From Vulcanimicrobiota bacterium (GTDB lineage: Bacteria > Vulcanimicrobiota > Xenobia > Xenobiales > JADMJV01): a DNA stretch of 64,000 nucleotides. The notes beneath the pieces were generated by a model. It searched no databases. It was not told where the DNA came from and worked only from the letters and a program-made list of their open reading frames with translations. Both the position numbers and the translations under genes were made by a program. This document shows, one piece after another, positions 1 to 10,191 of the stretch (position 1 is the first letter of the stretch; every line of letters begins with the position of its first letter). The DNA is taken from positions 1,934,884-1,998,883 of the forward strand of contig JBFWNU010000001.1 in assembly GCA_050250895.1 (NCBI GenBank), given 5' to 3'.

Positions 1-2402
1 TGGGTCACGGCGGTAGGATCCTTTTTGTTGGCCAGCATCCGCAGGAAGAGTTCGCGCGCCGGCTGGCGGTCGGGCGTGAGCAAGTTCTCTTGATAGAACT
101 CGCAGGCGGGTCGCAAGGTGAGTCGCCAATGGTCCGAGTCGCTTTGATAGCGTCGGCCCTCTTCACCTGCCACCGAGAACGCGCGGGTCAGCTCTTTGGC
201 CTGCTCGAGAGTGGCCCCTTTGGCCATCGCCGCCGTGGTCAGGTCATACATCGGGTTGGCATACTTGTGTTGCTGCAACTCACCGAAGAGTTGAATGCGG
301 GCGTCAAGGTCGAGTCCGGCCACCTCTGGCAGCACGTGACTCACCGACAGCGCGTCTTTCTTGTCGGCCAACAGCTGCAAGAAGAGCTTGCGAGCCGACT
401 CTCGGCTTGGAGCCAGCAGTTCATCCCGATAAAATTGGTGGGCCTGGCTCACGGTGAGCCGCCAGTGATCGGATTGCCCCTGATAGCGGCGACCGCTTTC
501 GGCCGCGCTGGCGAATTCAGAGGTCCTGGCCTCGGCCTGCTCGAGACTGGCCCCCGTTTTGAACGCAGCCACCACGAGCTCATACATTGGGCCAGGGAAC
601 GGGCTGCGCTGGAGTCGTTCCAGGACGCCGGTCCGTTGCTCCAGGCTCAAGCCCTGGACTGGCTCGAGGATGTCCGCCACCGAGGTCGCCTCTTTCTTGT
701 CAGCCAGAAGCTTCAGAAAGAGTACTCTGGCGGGTTCGTTGCCAGGCTTGAGCAAGTTCTTCTGGTAGAATTCGTAGGCGTCTCGCAAGGTAAGGCGCCA
801 ATGGTCCGAGTCACTCTGATATCGTCGAGCCTTTTCCGCTGCCCGGGCAAATTCCAGGGTGCGGTCCGCCGCCTGCTGGGGGGTTCGTCCGCCAGCCACC
901 TCATCTAGTGTCAGTCTCAGCCAGTGGCCGGCGAACGCTTTATTGGTCAGCTTCTCGGCCAGCTCGACGCGTTCGGCCAGAGTTGTGCCCGCGATCGGCT
1001 CGAAGGTGTCGGTGATGTAGCTGGCGTCGCGCCCGGCCGCCATCTGTTCGAGATAGAAGCTGCGAGCCGGAGCCTTCTCGGGCTCCATCAGGTAGTCACG
1101 CACGAAGCCCCTGACTTTGTTGGTGTTGGGGCTCTTCTCGGCTTTGAGCATCCTCTCCAGGGTAGCTTTCGCCTGGTCGTGACTGTTGCCGGCCTCGATG
1201 AGCTGTGTGTTGAGCTCGTACAGATCCTCGGGGGCCCGGCCAAATCTTACCGTTCTCAGGACTTCGAGCCGCTCAGCCAGGTTGCCGCCGCCCCCGTCGA
1301 GGCAATGGCTCAGCTCGGAGAGTTCGGCCAGAGAGGCGACGCCTTGCACCGCCGCGTTGAGTTCACTGGTGGCGAACAGCTCGTTGACTCGAGCCTGTTC
1401 CTCGGGTAGGGCCGCCAGGCACGCAGCCTTCGGGTCCTCAGAGAAATGGCTGTAAAAGTGATTGGGATCATTGCTGGCCAAGGTGGCCAGACAAGCGAAG
1501 GTCTCGGGATCTTGCCCTTCAAGGCGAGACAAGGCCTGGCGGGCGCTGGTCAGCAGGTTGAGGTTCGCCTGTGGCTCTGTCAATCCCAACGGAGTAAGTG
1601 CTCTGATAGCCTGCTCGGGCTCATCGCCGAGCAATCGTAGTCGGGCCGCCAGGCTGGCGGGTGCTAGCTCAGCGGGCATGCGTTCTATGACACGACGAAA
1701 GGGAGAAGCGATTGGATATAGCCGGGCCGCTTCGATCTTGCCGAGATCGGCCCCGAGCGCCTCCACCAACAAAGCTGCGGCCTCGGCCGGCTGGTCCTGG
1801 AGAGCCGTCTCGAAAGTCCCATAATCGCGCAGGCTCGCAGGCTCGGGCCCGTTCAGTCGCGCCAGTGGGTAACCCCTCTCGAAGACGACCACGGGACTGT
1901 GGGCTTCGACTTGCAGATAGGCATCGTACAGTCCGAGGTTCGCAAGTTTTTCGGGGTCCAGCAACTGGTGGCCGACCATGGCCTGGGCCGAAGCGGGGAG
2001 CGGTCGGGTGGTTTGCCCGCTCAGGGTGTGCTCGAGCACGGCCAGATCGCGAGGCCCCTTGAGGGGGCGGGTCTGGCCGTCAAACTCCACCCTCAATCGA
2101 CCGTCGTCGAGGTTGAGCGCTTTAGCGGCTTGCTCGGCCGACAGGGGACGATGGGCGTCCGTCCAGGGCAGGTGGAAGAGCTTCTGGTGCAAGAAGCGGC
2201 AGGGCAACCGGCTGAGTTCGTCGGCCAGCACCGGACCGAGCGGGCCGGTCGCCTGGGCCACCACCGCCTGCTCTACGGGGGGCACGGCAACTCGAGCTGA
2301 CTGGTTAGTCAGCTCGACCTGATCGAGAGGTTGATTTTGTTCCTTGATCTCTGACGGGGCGCGGAAAACCGTCGGGACGAAGGTCAGAGATTGTATCCGC
2401 AT
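1..2402 (-). CDS. Large hypothetical protein with tandem 112-aa repeats (runs off left edge)
   Basis: Manual translation from ATG at 2402 (MRIQSLTFVP...DQVELT); frame appears open to position 1; motif RRYQxxSDHWRLT recurs every 336 nt (about 126, 462, 798). Confidence 0.8.
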   Translation of the reverse strand, partial: MRIQSLTFVPTVFRAPSEIKEQNQPLDQVELTNQSARVAVPPVEQAVVAQATGPLGPVLADELSRLPCRFLHQKLFHLPWTDAHRPLSAEQAAKALNLDDGRLRVEFDGQTRPLKGPRDLAVLEHTLSGQTTRPLPASAQAMVGHQLLDPEKLANLGLYDAYLQVEAHSPVVVFERGYPLARLNGPEPASLRDYGTFETALQDQPAEAAALLVEALGADLGKIEAARLYPIASPFRRVIERMPAELAPASLAARLRLLGDEPEQAIRALTPLGLTEPQANLNLLTSARQALSRLEGQDPETFACLATLASNDPNHFYSHFSEDPKAACLAALPEEQARVNELFATSELNAAVQGVASLAELSELSHCLDGGGGNLAERLEVLRTVRFGRAPEDLYELNTQLIEAGNSHDQAKATLERMLKAEKSPNTNKVRGFVRDYLMEPEKAPARSFYLEQMAAGRDASYITDTFEPIAGTTLAERVELAEKLTNKAFAGHWLRLTLDEVAGGRTPQQAADRTLEFARAAEKARRYQSDSDHWRLTLRDAYEFYQKNLLKPGNEPARVLFLKLLADKKEATSVADILEPVQGLSLEQRTGVLERLQRSPFPGPMYELVVAAFKTGASLEQAEARTSEFASAAESGRRYQGQSDHWRLTVSQAHQFYRDELLAPSRESARKLFLQLLADKKDALSVSHVLPEVAGLDLDARIQLFGELQQHKYANPMYDLTTAAMAKGATLEQAKELTRAFSVAGEEGRRYQSDSDHWRLTLRPACEFYQENLLTPDRQPARELFLRMLANKKDPTAVT

Positions 2403-2447
2403 GTCAGGACCAGCTTATCTCGCCGGCCCGAAAGATTCATGAAAGAG

Positions 2448-2936
2448 TCATTGCTGGACCAAAAGCAGCTCTCTTGCCTCCTGGCGTAGAGCCTCCGTGG
2501 CATTGCTGTCCTGGTGGCAACCATCCCCGTAGCGGGTGGTAACTTGTTGTTCTTCGAGGATGTCCTTGTCGAGTTCTTCGGCCTGGATACGGCCAAACTG
2601 CTCACCGTCGACGGTGATCCAGTAGCGATTCTGCTGACTGGCCCGCTCCAGTTCGAGTATTCCGGCCGGCATACGCGCATAGACGCGTTTGCCCGAGTCT
2701 AGCTCATCCAGACCGATCTGACGGTCGTCGTAGAACAGGAGGTTATCCAGGGGGACGTCCATCTCCACGCCATTGGGAGTGATGATGGTAACCAGCTGTT
2801 CGGCCGGCAAGACCTCATCCACGCGTCCACTCACCGTGAGGGCATCCTTTAACACGTGGTCGGCTCGGTCATGGTCGTGAGCTGCGGCCGGGGTGAAGAG
2901 GGCCGCAAAGATTAGCAAAGTAAATAGTCGTCTCAT
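2448..2936 (-). CDS. Hypothetical secreted protein
   Basis: Signal peptide MRRLFTLLIFAALFTPAAA; GGAAAGG upstream. Confidence 0.7.
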   Translation of the reverse strand: MRRLFTLLIFAALFTPAAAHDHDRADHVLKDALTVSGRVDEVLPAEQLVTIITPNGVEMDVPLDNLLFYDDRQIGLDELDSGKRVYARMPAGILELERASQQNRYWITVDGEQFGRIQAEELDKDILEEQQVTTRYGDGCHQDSNATEALRQEARELLLVQQ

Positions 2937-3022
2937 GGTCTGTCCTTTCCCTACCAGCCTGAGGGCAGGCCGACGATGGAGCTAGACTCGCGCGGATGGC
3001 GCGGTCGCATCCGCAAGTGCCA

Positions 3023-3925
3023 CTACCCCAGTTTCAACCGCTCGCGCCAGCCGGCCACCTCGCCCTCAGCCAGCCAGTTCTCTACCCGGACCTGCGGCGG
3101 TGCGGCCTCTAGATAAGGGCCAAAGAAGCCCGTGTTCCAGCTTCTACTTCCCAGGATCGCAGGCCACAACAGCATCACCTGGTGGTCGTCTATCCAGCTG
3201 ATCGAATCCGGAGCCGCCTCGGCCCAGACGCTGGCGCCGAGTTCTGCCGTGGGGCAGTCGGCCTGGCCGAAATGCCACCAGGCCGTGTCCATTAGTTCGG
3301 AGTCTCGCGATTCTCCGCGGGCCACGGCGACGATGTGGGGGTCGGTTGTCCGGGCTCCCGGCATACGTTGCTCGAGTGCAGCCTGCAAAAGGGTGAACAG
3401 GTGAGCACAGTTGGTCAGGTTGTGATAGCTGAGCATGGCTGCTACCGGCTTCTGGCCATGCAAAACCAGCAAACGGCCGCTCTGTTGACGCAGCAAATGC
3501 CCGACCCAGATCGCTCCCACGGTGTGCTGCTCGAGTTCTGCTAGCCTCTCGAGCAGGCCCGGACGTTGGGAGAGTTGCTGCTTCACGTTCTCGGCGCGGG
3601 CTAAATGGGCCACCAGGGCCTGGCCCAGATAGCGCAATCCCAGCCCCAGCCGTTCGTCGACCCGGCTTTCGTCGGTCAGGTCGCGGGTCCAGGCGAGAAA
3701 GCATTGCATGATGGCCTCGATCGACCGCTCGGGTGGCTCGCCCTGTTCCACCAGGGCTCCCAGCCAAACGGCCACCAGGCCCGCTCCGGCCGGCTCTTCA
3801 ATGGCCGCCAGAGCCTCGTGAATCCGGGCCGGGTCGCAGCCTCTGAGCGCCTCGCGCAGCTCGGGGCTGAAGGCCTCTTCGCGCTGGGTGTTGGCCGCCT
3901 GGATCACGGCCTGCAGGTCACTCAT
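3023..3925 (-). CDS. Hypothetical protein
   Basis: ATG 3925 overlaps stop of upstream ORF (ATGA). Confidence 0.7.
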   Translation of the reverse strand: MSDLQAVIQAANTQREEAFSPELREALRGCDPARIHEALAAIEEPAGAGLVAVWLGALVEQGEPPERSIEAIMQCFLAWTRDLTDESRVDERLGLGLRYLGQALVAHLARAENVKQQLSQRPGLLERLAELEQHTVGAIWVGHLLRQQSGRLLVLHGQKPVAAMLSYHNLTNCAHLFTLLQAALEQRMPGARTTDPHIVAVARGESRDSELMDTAWWHFGQADCPTAELGASVWAEAAPDSISWIDDHQVMLLWPAILGSRSWNTGFFGPYLEAAPPQVRVENWLAEGEVAGWRERLKLG

Positions 3926-4635
3926 GAGCCGTCGTTCGCGACCGGCGTCCACGCGCCTTCGGCATGGCGGCGTTCGAGATAGTAGCCCTCAAGGTCGTAG
4001 CCGCCGCCTCCCAGGTCGACCTCGAGTTGGCCCAGATCGGCCTTCGGGGGTCCACAAGCGTCACGAAGCCATTTCTTGAGAGTGACAAAGTCGAGATTCA
4101 TCATGCAGATCACTCCCGAGCTTTCTGCGCTCGAATCCGGTAAGTAAAGAGCCTCGTCGGCGCCAAATAGCTCCGCCAGCGAACGCCCCAGCTTTAGGTG
4201 GTCTTGACGAAATCTTGGGTCGGTCACATTGATTTTGCGCCCGAAGGACGAGACGCTCAGAAGGCATGTCCAAAACTCGAGATAGAATTCGAGCGGGGTG
4301 TCGAGCATCAACACCGGGAAATACTCATCGTTTGACCCCATACAGCTTTCGACGCGCCACTCCCAGGGCTGCCGCCACTTGGATTCGAGTTCAGGAGGCA
4401 GATCGACCCTCGGAGGGTGCTCGGGGTCAACCCGATGGCTGAGGGCCGTGAGTTCGCGGTCCTCCTCGGGGAAATGAGCTAGCCGGCAGCGTCGTCTCTG
4501 GAGAAAAGCCTGATAGGGGCTCAGACGGAATGCCTCACAGGCTGGCAATAATTGAATTGCCTCGAGGAGCTTTTTCCGGTCTTGGAGCGGCGGGATCCCG
4601 ACCGGCAGAATAATCTCCAGGTAGATGCCCACCAA
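3922..4635 (-). CDS. Hypothetical protein
   Basis: 237-aa ORF coupled to 3023-3925. Confidence 0.6.
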   Translation of the reverse strand: MVGIYLEIILPVGIPPLQDRKKLLEAIQLLPACEAFRLSPYQAFLQRRRCRLAHFPEEDRELTALSHRVDPEHPPRVDLPPELESKWRQPWEWRVESCMGSNDEYFPVLMLDTPLEFYLEFWTCLLSVSSFGRKINVTDPRFRQDHLKLGRSLAELFGADEALYLPDSSAESSGVICMMNLDFVTLKKWLRDACGPPKADLGQLEVDLGGGGYDLEGYYLERRHAEGAWTPVANDGS

Positions 4636-4741
4636 ATGAGGTTCGCGACCCCCATGAAGGTTCCCCCGGTGGAGCGACGCGACCTCGGCGTGCGGGTTCG
4701 GGGAACCTCAAGACCTACTCTAACAGGGACAGGTTGCGTGG

Positions 4742-5593
4742 TCAGTGACTTTTTCCCGCTTCGGAGTGGTCGGTGAGCACAGGCGCGGCCCGGTCCCAAT
4801 CGGGGGCTTCCTCGAGGCCTCTACAGTAGTCGAGGAGAGGATAGGCGGTAGCAATCTCGCCGGCTCGCCTGAGCAATTCTTCGCGGCGGAGCGGCTGTTG
4901 CGAATTGTAGCCGACCACCACCCGTTGGGCGGCGCTCTCGAAGCCGTAGGTCTGGGGAAAGGCCTGGGCCATAGTGTTGCGGTCGCTAGCGTAGAGCGGC
5001 GAACGCAGGTGGAGGTTGGCCACCACCGCCCCGTCGGGCTGCAAACGGCTGCCCAACAGTTGGTAGAATTCCACCGTGCGCAGATGGTCCGGCACGTCGA
5101 GGCCGTCGAAGGCATCGAGCAGAATCAGATCGTAGCGTTCTGTCGAGTTCTCGAGATGATGGCGGGCGTCGTCGACGAAGGTCCGCAGGCGAGGGCCTTC
5201 TTGATACAAGAAGAACTTGCGCGCCGCCTCGACCACGACCGGGTCGATCTCGATACTGTCGATTTGAGTCTCGGGCAAGAGGTGGGCCAGGGCCCGAGTC
5301 AGCGAGGCGCCACCCAGACCGACCACCAGCACTTTGCGGGGGCGGGGCACGAAGACCAGTCCCAGCAATTGCTTGCGCGTGTACTCATAGGAGAGATATT
5401 CGGGCCGGCGCAGGTCGAGACGCGATTGCTCGATATCTCCCTCGGGGCGCTTGAACTTGAGGGCGCGCAGCGAGCCTTCCTGGGTCACCAGCACCGTTCC
5501 GAAGGGGCCCTTCTTCTCGAAGAGCAGTTCCTCGGCCCAGGCCGGGCCAAGGACTATCAGCAGCAGTAGGATGAGTGCGCGCCCGTTTGGCAT
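4742..5593 (-). CDS. Spermidine-synthase-like SAM-binding methyltransferase with signal peptide
   Basis: VLVVGLGGAS, IEIDPVVVEAARKFF, DLILLDAF motifs. Confidence 0.85.
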   Translation of the reverse strand: MPNGRALILLLLIVLGPAWAEELLFEKKGPFGTVLVTQEGSLRALKFKRPEGDIEQSRLDLRRPEYLSYEYTRKQLLGLVFVPRPRKVLVVGLGGASLTRALAHLLPETQIDSIEIDPVVVEAARKFFLYQEGPRLRTFVDDARHHLENSTERYDLILLDAFDGLDVPDHLRTVEFYQLLGSRLQPDGAVVANLHLRSPLYASDRNTMAQAFPQTYGFESAAQRVVVGYNSQQPLRREELLRRAGEIATAYPLLDYCRGLEEAPDWDRAAPVLTDHSEAGKSH

Positions 5594-5675
5594 CGCCAGG
5601 ACATTCAAGCCGAGAGGCGCGGCTCCTGGGGCAGTGCGCCAGGGGGCCGGTAACGCCCCGCCGAACGCGGCGCGC

Positions 5676-5957
5676 GTGAAACACAGAATGCTTCTTCTTC
5701 TTTTGCTTACGGTATTTGCCCTGGCTGACACCCACGTCATCGAAGGCTCCAGCGTGGTCAAGCGCGTGGGGGTCAAGCCTGGGGACACCGTCAAGCTCGA
5801 GGCGGTCGACACCCAGGTGACCATTGTCGGTAATGGCGATGTCTTCCACATCGACGGCTCGGGCAACAAGACAGTCTGGGTGCGCCAGCCGGGTGCAAAG
5901 CCGCCGCGGGTCGAGCGAGAAGGTTGGGATAACCTCTCCGAGGTCGCCGAGCCCTAG
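5676..5957 (+). CDS. Small hypothetical secreted protein
   Basis: Signal peptide followed by beta-rich repeats. Confidence 0.55.
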   Translation: MKHRMLLLLLLTVFALADTHVIEGSSVVKRVGVKPGDTVKLEAVDTQVTIVGNGDVFHIDGSGNKTVWVRQPGAKPPRVEREGWDNLSEVAEP

Positions 5958-6108
5958 TCGGACTTCTCCAGCCCATTCTTGCCCGAGTATCTCAACCACC
6001 GACCGCCCGGACGCGCCGAAAGATAGCACTTTCCCCCTTACTTCCGAGAAGTACCGGCGGTTCACTTCTGACGAAGGCCGGCATGCCTGCCCGCGCGAAG
6101 TAATCTGG

Positions 6109-6300
6109 ATGCACCCCGCTCTGGCAGCTACCGTGGGTTGCCTGCTGGCTACCCTGGTGATCTTCCTGGCCAGCGACCCTCTACGAAGCCTGATCGAAAG
6201 GCGAGGCCTTACGGCCGACGTCAAGCTCTGGACGACGCTCTTGATGGGTTTGTTCGAAGTAGCGACCGTGGGCTGCTTGATCTGGTTCTGGGCGAGCTAG
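6109..6300 (+). CDS. Small two-TM membrane protein
   Basis: Two hydrophobic segments. Confidence 0.5.
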   Translation: MHPALAATVGCLLATLVIFLASDPLRSLIERRGLTADVKLWTTLLMGLFEVATVGCLIWFWAS

Positions 6301-6389
6301 CCCTGATGAGCCGCTGAGTGCACCACCAACGCGGAAAAAGGCTTGAACACTAGCTTGTCTTGAAGAGTGCGAACTGGTAGCCTGAGACT

Positions 6390-7166
6390 ATGCAAAGGTT
6401 GCGCCGAAGGAGGTTGGCATCGCTGGCGATAGCCGCCCTCTCGCTAATCCTGGCCGCGACCGTGGGCGCGGGCCTCGAGGCAATCGTCAGGACCCGAGCG
6501 ACGGTCGATTTCACTATTCACTATGCCCTGGTGGGTCTCGACGGGGGGCACGTCTCCAGTCGCGTTTGGGCCAGCCTGGCCGACCAGGCCGAGAGATCGT
6601 GGTATCGACGCGGAGACGCCCGATGGGTGGATCACATGGTGGGTGACTATTTTGTGCCCAACGCCTGGTATGAAGAGCTCCACCCAACCAGGCGCAGCGT
6701 GCGAACGGGCACCAGACTCAATGGCGTGCGACTGGGAGCCGATTGCAACGAAGTCCGGTCCGTACTCGGTGACCCGGCCCAATGGAGCCCCGAACCCAGC
6801 TTTGCAGCATCAGCTTTGCCAGAGGGGTGCCGTTTCGCGGTCTACGGAGGGACCGTCGAGGTGGCCGGTCTTTCAGGACCGGAGGTGATCGTGGCCTTTC
6901 GCGAAGAGAAAGTGGCGGCAGTCTGGGGAACGCGACTCGAGCGGCCCAGCGGGCCGGCGGTGGCCTCCGGCCTCCCGATTGAGCAGCTCTACCGGGTGCT
7001 GGGCCGACCGGATTGGGTAGACTACGTCGATTCTTTCGGCTACGCCGAGCACTTTGCTCGCGGCGCCCGCTTCGAGTCCCTGCAATTGACGGCCGAGGTC
7101 TACCGTGGGCAGGTCGGGCTTTTCCAGCTTGCTGGCGAGCAGTTTTACTATCCCTCACAGCCCTGA
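6390..7166 (+). CDS. Hypothetical membrane-anchored protein
   Basis: Basic N-terminus plus TM; two LGxP repeats. Confidence 0.6.
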   Translation: MQRLRRRRLASLAIAALSLILAATVGAGLEAIVRTRATVDFTIHYALVGLDGGHVSSRVWASLADQAERSWYRRGDARWVDHMVGDYFVPNAWYEELHPTRRSVRTGTRLNGVRLGADCNEVRSVLGDPAQWSPEPSFAASALPEGCRFAVYGGTVEVAGLSGPEVIVAFREEKVAAVWGTRLERPSGPAVASGLPIEQLYRVLGRPDWVDYVDSFGYAEHFARGARFESLQLTAEVYRGQVGLFQLAGEQFYYPSQP

Positions 7167-7209
7167 GTCCCTCTGCGGGGAATAGGATGTCGAGGGCGAA
7201 GGCGGGCTC

Positions 7210-8583
7210 ATGCTCTCGCTTGCCCTCGGCTGCCTTCTAACGCCTATCCTTTTCGTCTTCTTTGCTGCGGTGTTGCCCGAGGGCACGGCCCGGCGCGGGC
7301 TCGGGCCCTACCTTTGTCTGGGCCTGGTGGGTTGGGCGCTGGTCTGGGGTCCACAACTGAGCCCGGCCGCGCGGCTGCTCGTCTGTAGTTTGTGGCTGCT
7401 CTACTGTCTCAAAGGATGGAGTCTGCTCAAGCTGCCAAGAGAAGCCGTGCGAGGCTTTTCTCCCCTCGGGTTGCTGCTCTACTCCTACCCCTGGCCGGGG
7501 GTCGACCCCAGACCCTTCCAAAAGCGTACAGAACCCGACCAGGGCGCGGCCCGCTGGTTCGTGTTCGGCTTTCCCACGATGTGCCTGGGAATCCTCGCCG
7601 TGCTACTATTGGCGCTGCAGGCCGAAGCTCTGGCGCCAAGCGCGCTGGGCCTAGCCGGCACGACAGCCCTGTTGGTGACCGTCCATCTCGGCTACAGCGA
7701 TATCCTGAGCAGCCTGGTTCGTCTGCTCGGATTTCGCGCCTCGCGGCTGTTCGTCCATCCTCTGGCCAGCCGCTCCCTCAACGAATTCTGGAGCCGTCGC
7801 TGGAACGGTCCCTTCGTCGAGATGAACCGGCTGCTCTTCCGGCCGTTGCTGAAAGGCCGTTTCTCGGCGGGCACCGTGGTGGTGCTGCTCTTCTTGCTCT
7901 CGGGCCTGCTCCACGAGATGGCGCTTAGCTTTCCGGCTCAGGCCGGGTGGGGTGGACCATTGGCCTATTTCGGGGTCCAGGGCGGCCTCATGTTGATCGA
8001 GAAGCGCTGGCGAGTCAAGCATTGGAACGGCCTGACGGCCCGGCTCTGGACCTGGTTCTGGCTGCTGGCCCCGGCGCCGCTGCTGTTTCACGGGCCGTTC
8101 CGCGAGACTCTGGTGTTGCCGCTCTATGCGGCGCTGCATAGTCTGCCTCCGCTCTCCAACCCATTGGCCTTCGCAAGGGCCGCCCTCACAGCCGTCGGCT
8201 GCGGCCATTTTTTGGTGTTGGTGGCGAGCTTTCAGGTTCCCCATCGTCTGGGCTGGAAAGAGGAACTCGCTCGTCTGCGCCCCCTCAATCGCAAGCTGCT
8301 CTGGACCTACGGCGCCTACATCGTCGGCATGATCACCACCTGGGGAGTCCTGACCCTGAACCTGCTTCCCGAATTACTGGCCGGCGAGAAGAGCGCCCTG
8401 GCCCTGGCCATCGTGATCGCCGTCTTCTGGTGGTCGCGCATCGTGGTCGACACCTTTTACTTCGAGCATTCCGACTGGCCCGAAGGGGTCGAGTTCATCC
8501 TCGGCCACACCATGCTGACCAGCCTCTTCGTCACCATCGCCTCCACCTACACCACGCTGCTGGTCTGGCATTGGTGGCACTGA
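7210..8583 (+). CDS. MBOAT (wax-synthase-like) acyltransferase fused to a C-terminal multi-TM domain
   Basis: SLNEFWSRRWN and FLLSGLLHE MBOAT motifs. Confidence 0.8.
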   Translation: MLSLALGCLLTPILFVFFAAVLPEGTARRGLGPYLCLGLVGWALVWGPQLSPAARLLVCSLWLLYCLKGWSLLKLPREAVRGFSPLGLLLYSYPWPGVDPRPFQKRTEPDQGAARWFVFGFPTMCLGILAVLLLALQAEALAPSALGLAGTTALLVTVHLGYSDILSSLVRLLGFRASRLFVHPLASRSLNEFWSRRWNGPFVEMNRLLFRPLLKGRFSAGTVVVLLFLLSGLLHEMALSFPAQAGWGGPLAYFGVQGGLMLIEKRWRVKHWNGLTARLWTWFWLLAPAPLLFHGPFRETLVLPLYAALHSLPPLSNPLAFARAALTAVGCGHFLVLVASFQVPHRLGWKEELARLRPLNRKLLWTYGAYIVGMITTWGVLTLNLLPELLAGEKSALALAIVIAVFWWSRIVVDTFYFEHSDWPEGVEFILGHTMLTSLFVTIASTYTTLLVWHWWH

Positions 8584-8585
8584 CC

Positions 8586-9083
8586 GTGCTGGTGATTCAG
8601 AGAATCACGCTGAAGTGGACCAAGAAGTCGCGCGGGCAACCCGGTGCGGGCAGGCGGACCCAGGTCCCAGACACTCTCATCGTCCCTCACCCGCAGGTGC
8701 CTGACGCTGGTGACTGGATCGTTCATGACGTGCTTTCTCTTGAATGGCAGGGGTTTGAGCTCGCCGAGACCGTCCGCCGACTTGATGCCTACTCTGTTCC
8801 ACCCCTAGAAGTCACACTCGACAACGACCTGGTCATCGTAACCTACTCGCGCGAGAGTATGGGAGCACCAGCCACACCGGCGAGCTGCCAGCCACGCCGA
8901 GTGCTGCGCTTGAGCAGGGGCGAAGTGGGTCAGGTCAAAGCTTGGGGACGCAAGAGCGGTGAGGACCTCTGGGAATATCGACAGGTGGTTGCCAACCTTT
9001 GCTTGCTCTCTCGTTGGAACCCGCGAATCTTTCGTGAGCGCCGGCCGGACCAGAGGTTTGAGGATTTGCCAACCTTGCGCTAG
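8586..9083 (+). CDS. Hypothetical protein
   Basis: GTG immediately after MBOAT stop. Confidence 0.6.
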   Translation: MLVIQRITLKWTKKSRGQPGAGRRTQVPDTLIVPHPQVPDAGDWIVHDVLSLEWQGFELAETVRRLDAYSVPPLEVTLDNDLVIVTYSRESMGAPATPASCQPRRVLRLSRGEVGQVKAWGRKSGEDLWEYRQVVANLCLLSRWNPRIFRERRPDQRFEDLPTLR

Positions 9084-9156
9084 CCGCTCGAGGAGTGTCT
9101 GCGACCGGTCATCCTGGGGCGAAGGCGTAGCCCGAGTTAGCCCGAATCTGGCGGCC

Positions 9157-9537
9157 ATGAAAAAGTATCTGCTCGCTCTGATGGTTCTCTTCTTCCTTCC
9201 CCTCTCGGCCCCGGCCCAGGAACGAGAGGAAGAACTCCATTTCAAGCCCGGCGCCTCCAGCATCCAGATTAACCGCGGCATCGCTCGGGGCGAGACCATG
9301 CGGTTTCTGCTCGGCGCCCGCGGTGGCCAGACCATGAAAGTGGTGGTTCAATCGGTCGAGAGCAACGCCGTCTTCGAAGTCATCGGCAACGGCGGTAGCC
9401 TGGGTCAATCGGCCCCCGCCAACGGCAAGCAGAAATGGAGCGGGGTCATTCCCGGCTACGGCGACGACACCATCGCCATCGTAGTCGGATCGGAACGGGG
9501 CGGCTCGGACTTCAATCTCTACGTCGAGATCCGCTAG
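9157..9537 (+). CDS. Secreted small beta-sandwich protein (PliG/PPC-like)
   Basis: Signal peptide; LHFKPGASS...FLLGARGGQTMKV pattern. Confidence 0.6.
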   Translation: MKKYLLALMVLFFLPLSAPAQEREEELHFKPGASSIQINRGIARGETMRFLLGARGGQTMKVVVQSVESNAVFEVIGNGGSLGQSAPANGKQKWSGVIPGYGDDTIAIVVGSERGGSDFNLYVEIR

Positions 9538-9577
9538 CTCGTAACCGCTTGCGCCTGCCGCGGCTTCGCTCCCGCGG

Positions 9578-10095
9578 AATCCCGGAGCACGCTCCCACAA
9601 AGCCCGGGAGCTGACCGTCTCGAGCGTTAGCTCCGACGGAATCCCGGAGCATGCTCCCACAAAACCCGGGAGCCAACCGGCTCGGGCGTTGGCTCCGACA
9701 GAATCCCGGAGCATGCTCCCACAAAACCCGGGAGCCAGCGCCACCCGCGGAGCCAAGCCGCCGCCGGCTAGGTCAGCCCCGCCCGCGACCACCCGCGAAG
9801 CCCGGGGGGCGACCGTCTCGGGCGTCAGTTGCGACGGATTCCCCGAGCGTGCTCCCACGAACCCGGGAGCCAACCGGCTCGGGCGTTGGCTCCGACAGAA
9901 TCCCGGAGCACGCTCCCATAAAACCCGGGAGCCAACGCCACCCGCGGAGCCAGGCCGCCGCCAGCTAGGTCACCCGCCCGCGACCACCCGCGAAGCCGGG
10001 GCCGACCGTCTTGGGCGTTAGCTCCGACGGAATCCCGGAGCATGCTCCCACAAAACCCGGGAGCCAGCGCCGCCCGCGGAGCCCAGGCCGCCGCC
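9578..10095. repeat. REP/BIME-like composite repeat array
   Basis: Six copies of ~35-bp AATCCCGGAGCATGCTCCCACAAAACCCGGGAGCC (9578, 9640, 9702, 9838, 9899, 10031) with repeated linkers; palindrome GGAGCATGCTCC. Confidence 0.85.
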
Positions 10096-10191
10096 CGCTC
10101 GGCCAGCGTCCGGCCGCCCTTTAATCTCCTGTTCACAACCCGCCGCAGCGCGGGCGTTAAAGTGCCCCCAGCAGGAAACAGGAGGGGAACC

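Noticed and set aside
90-2322. Plus-strand ORFs (90-908, 924-1409, 1899-2300 and others)
   Set aside because: Antisense shadows of the long minus-strand repeat gene
9578-10095. CRISPR array
   Set aside because: Spacers are themselves repeated and of unequal length, repeats are degenerate, and no cas genes are present
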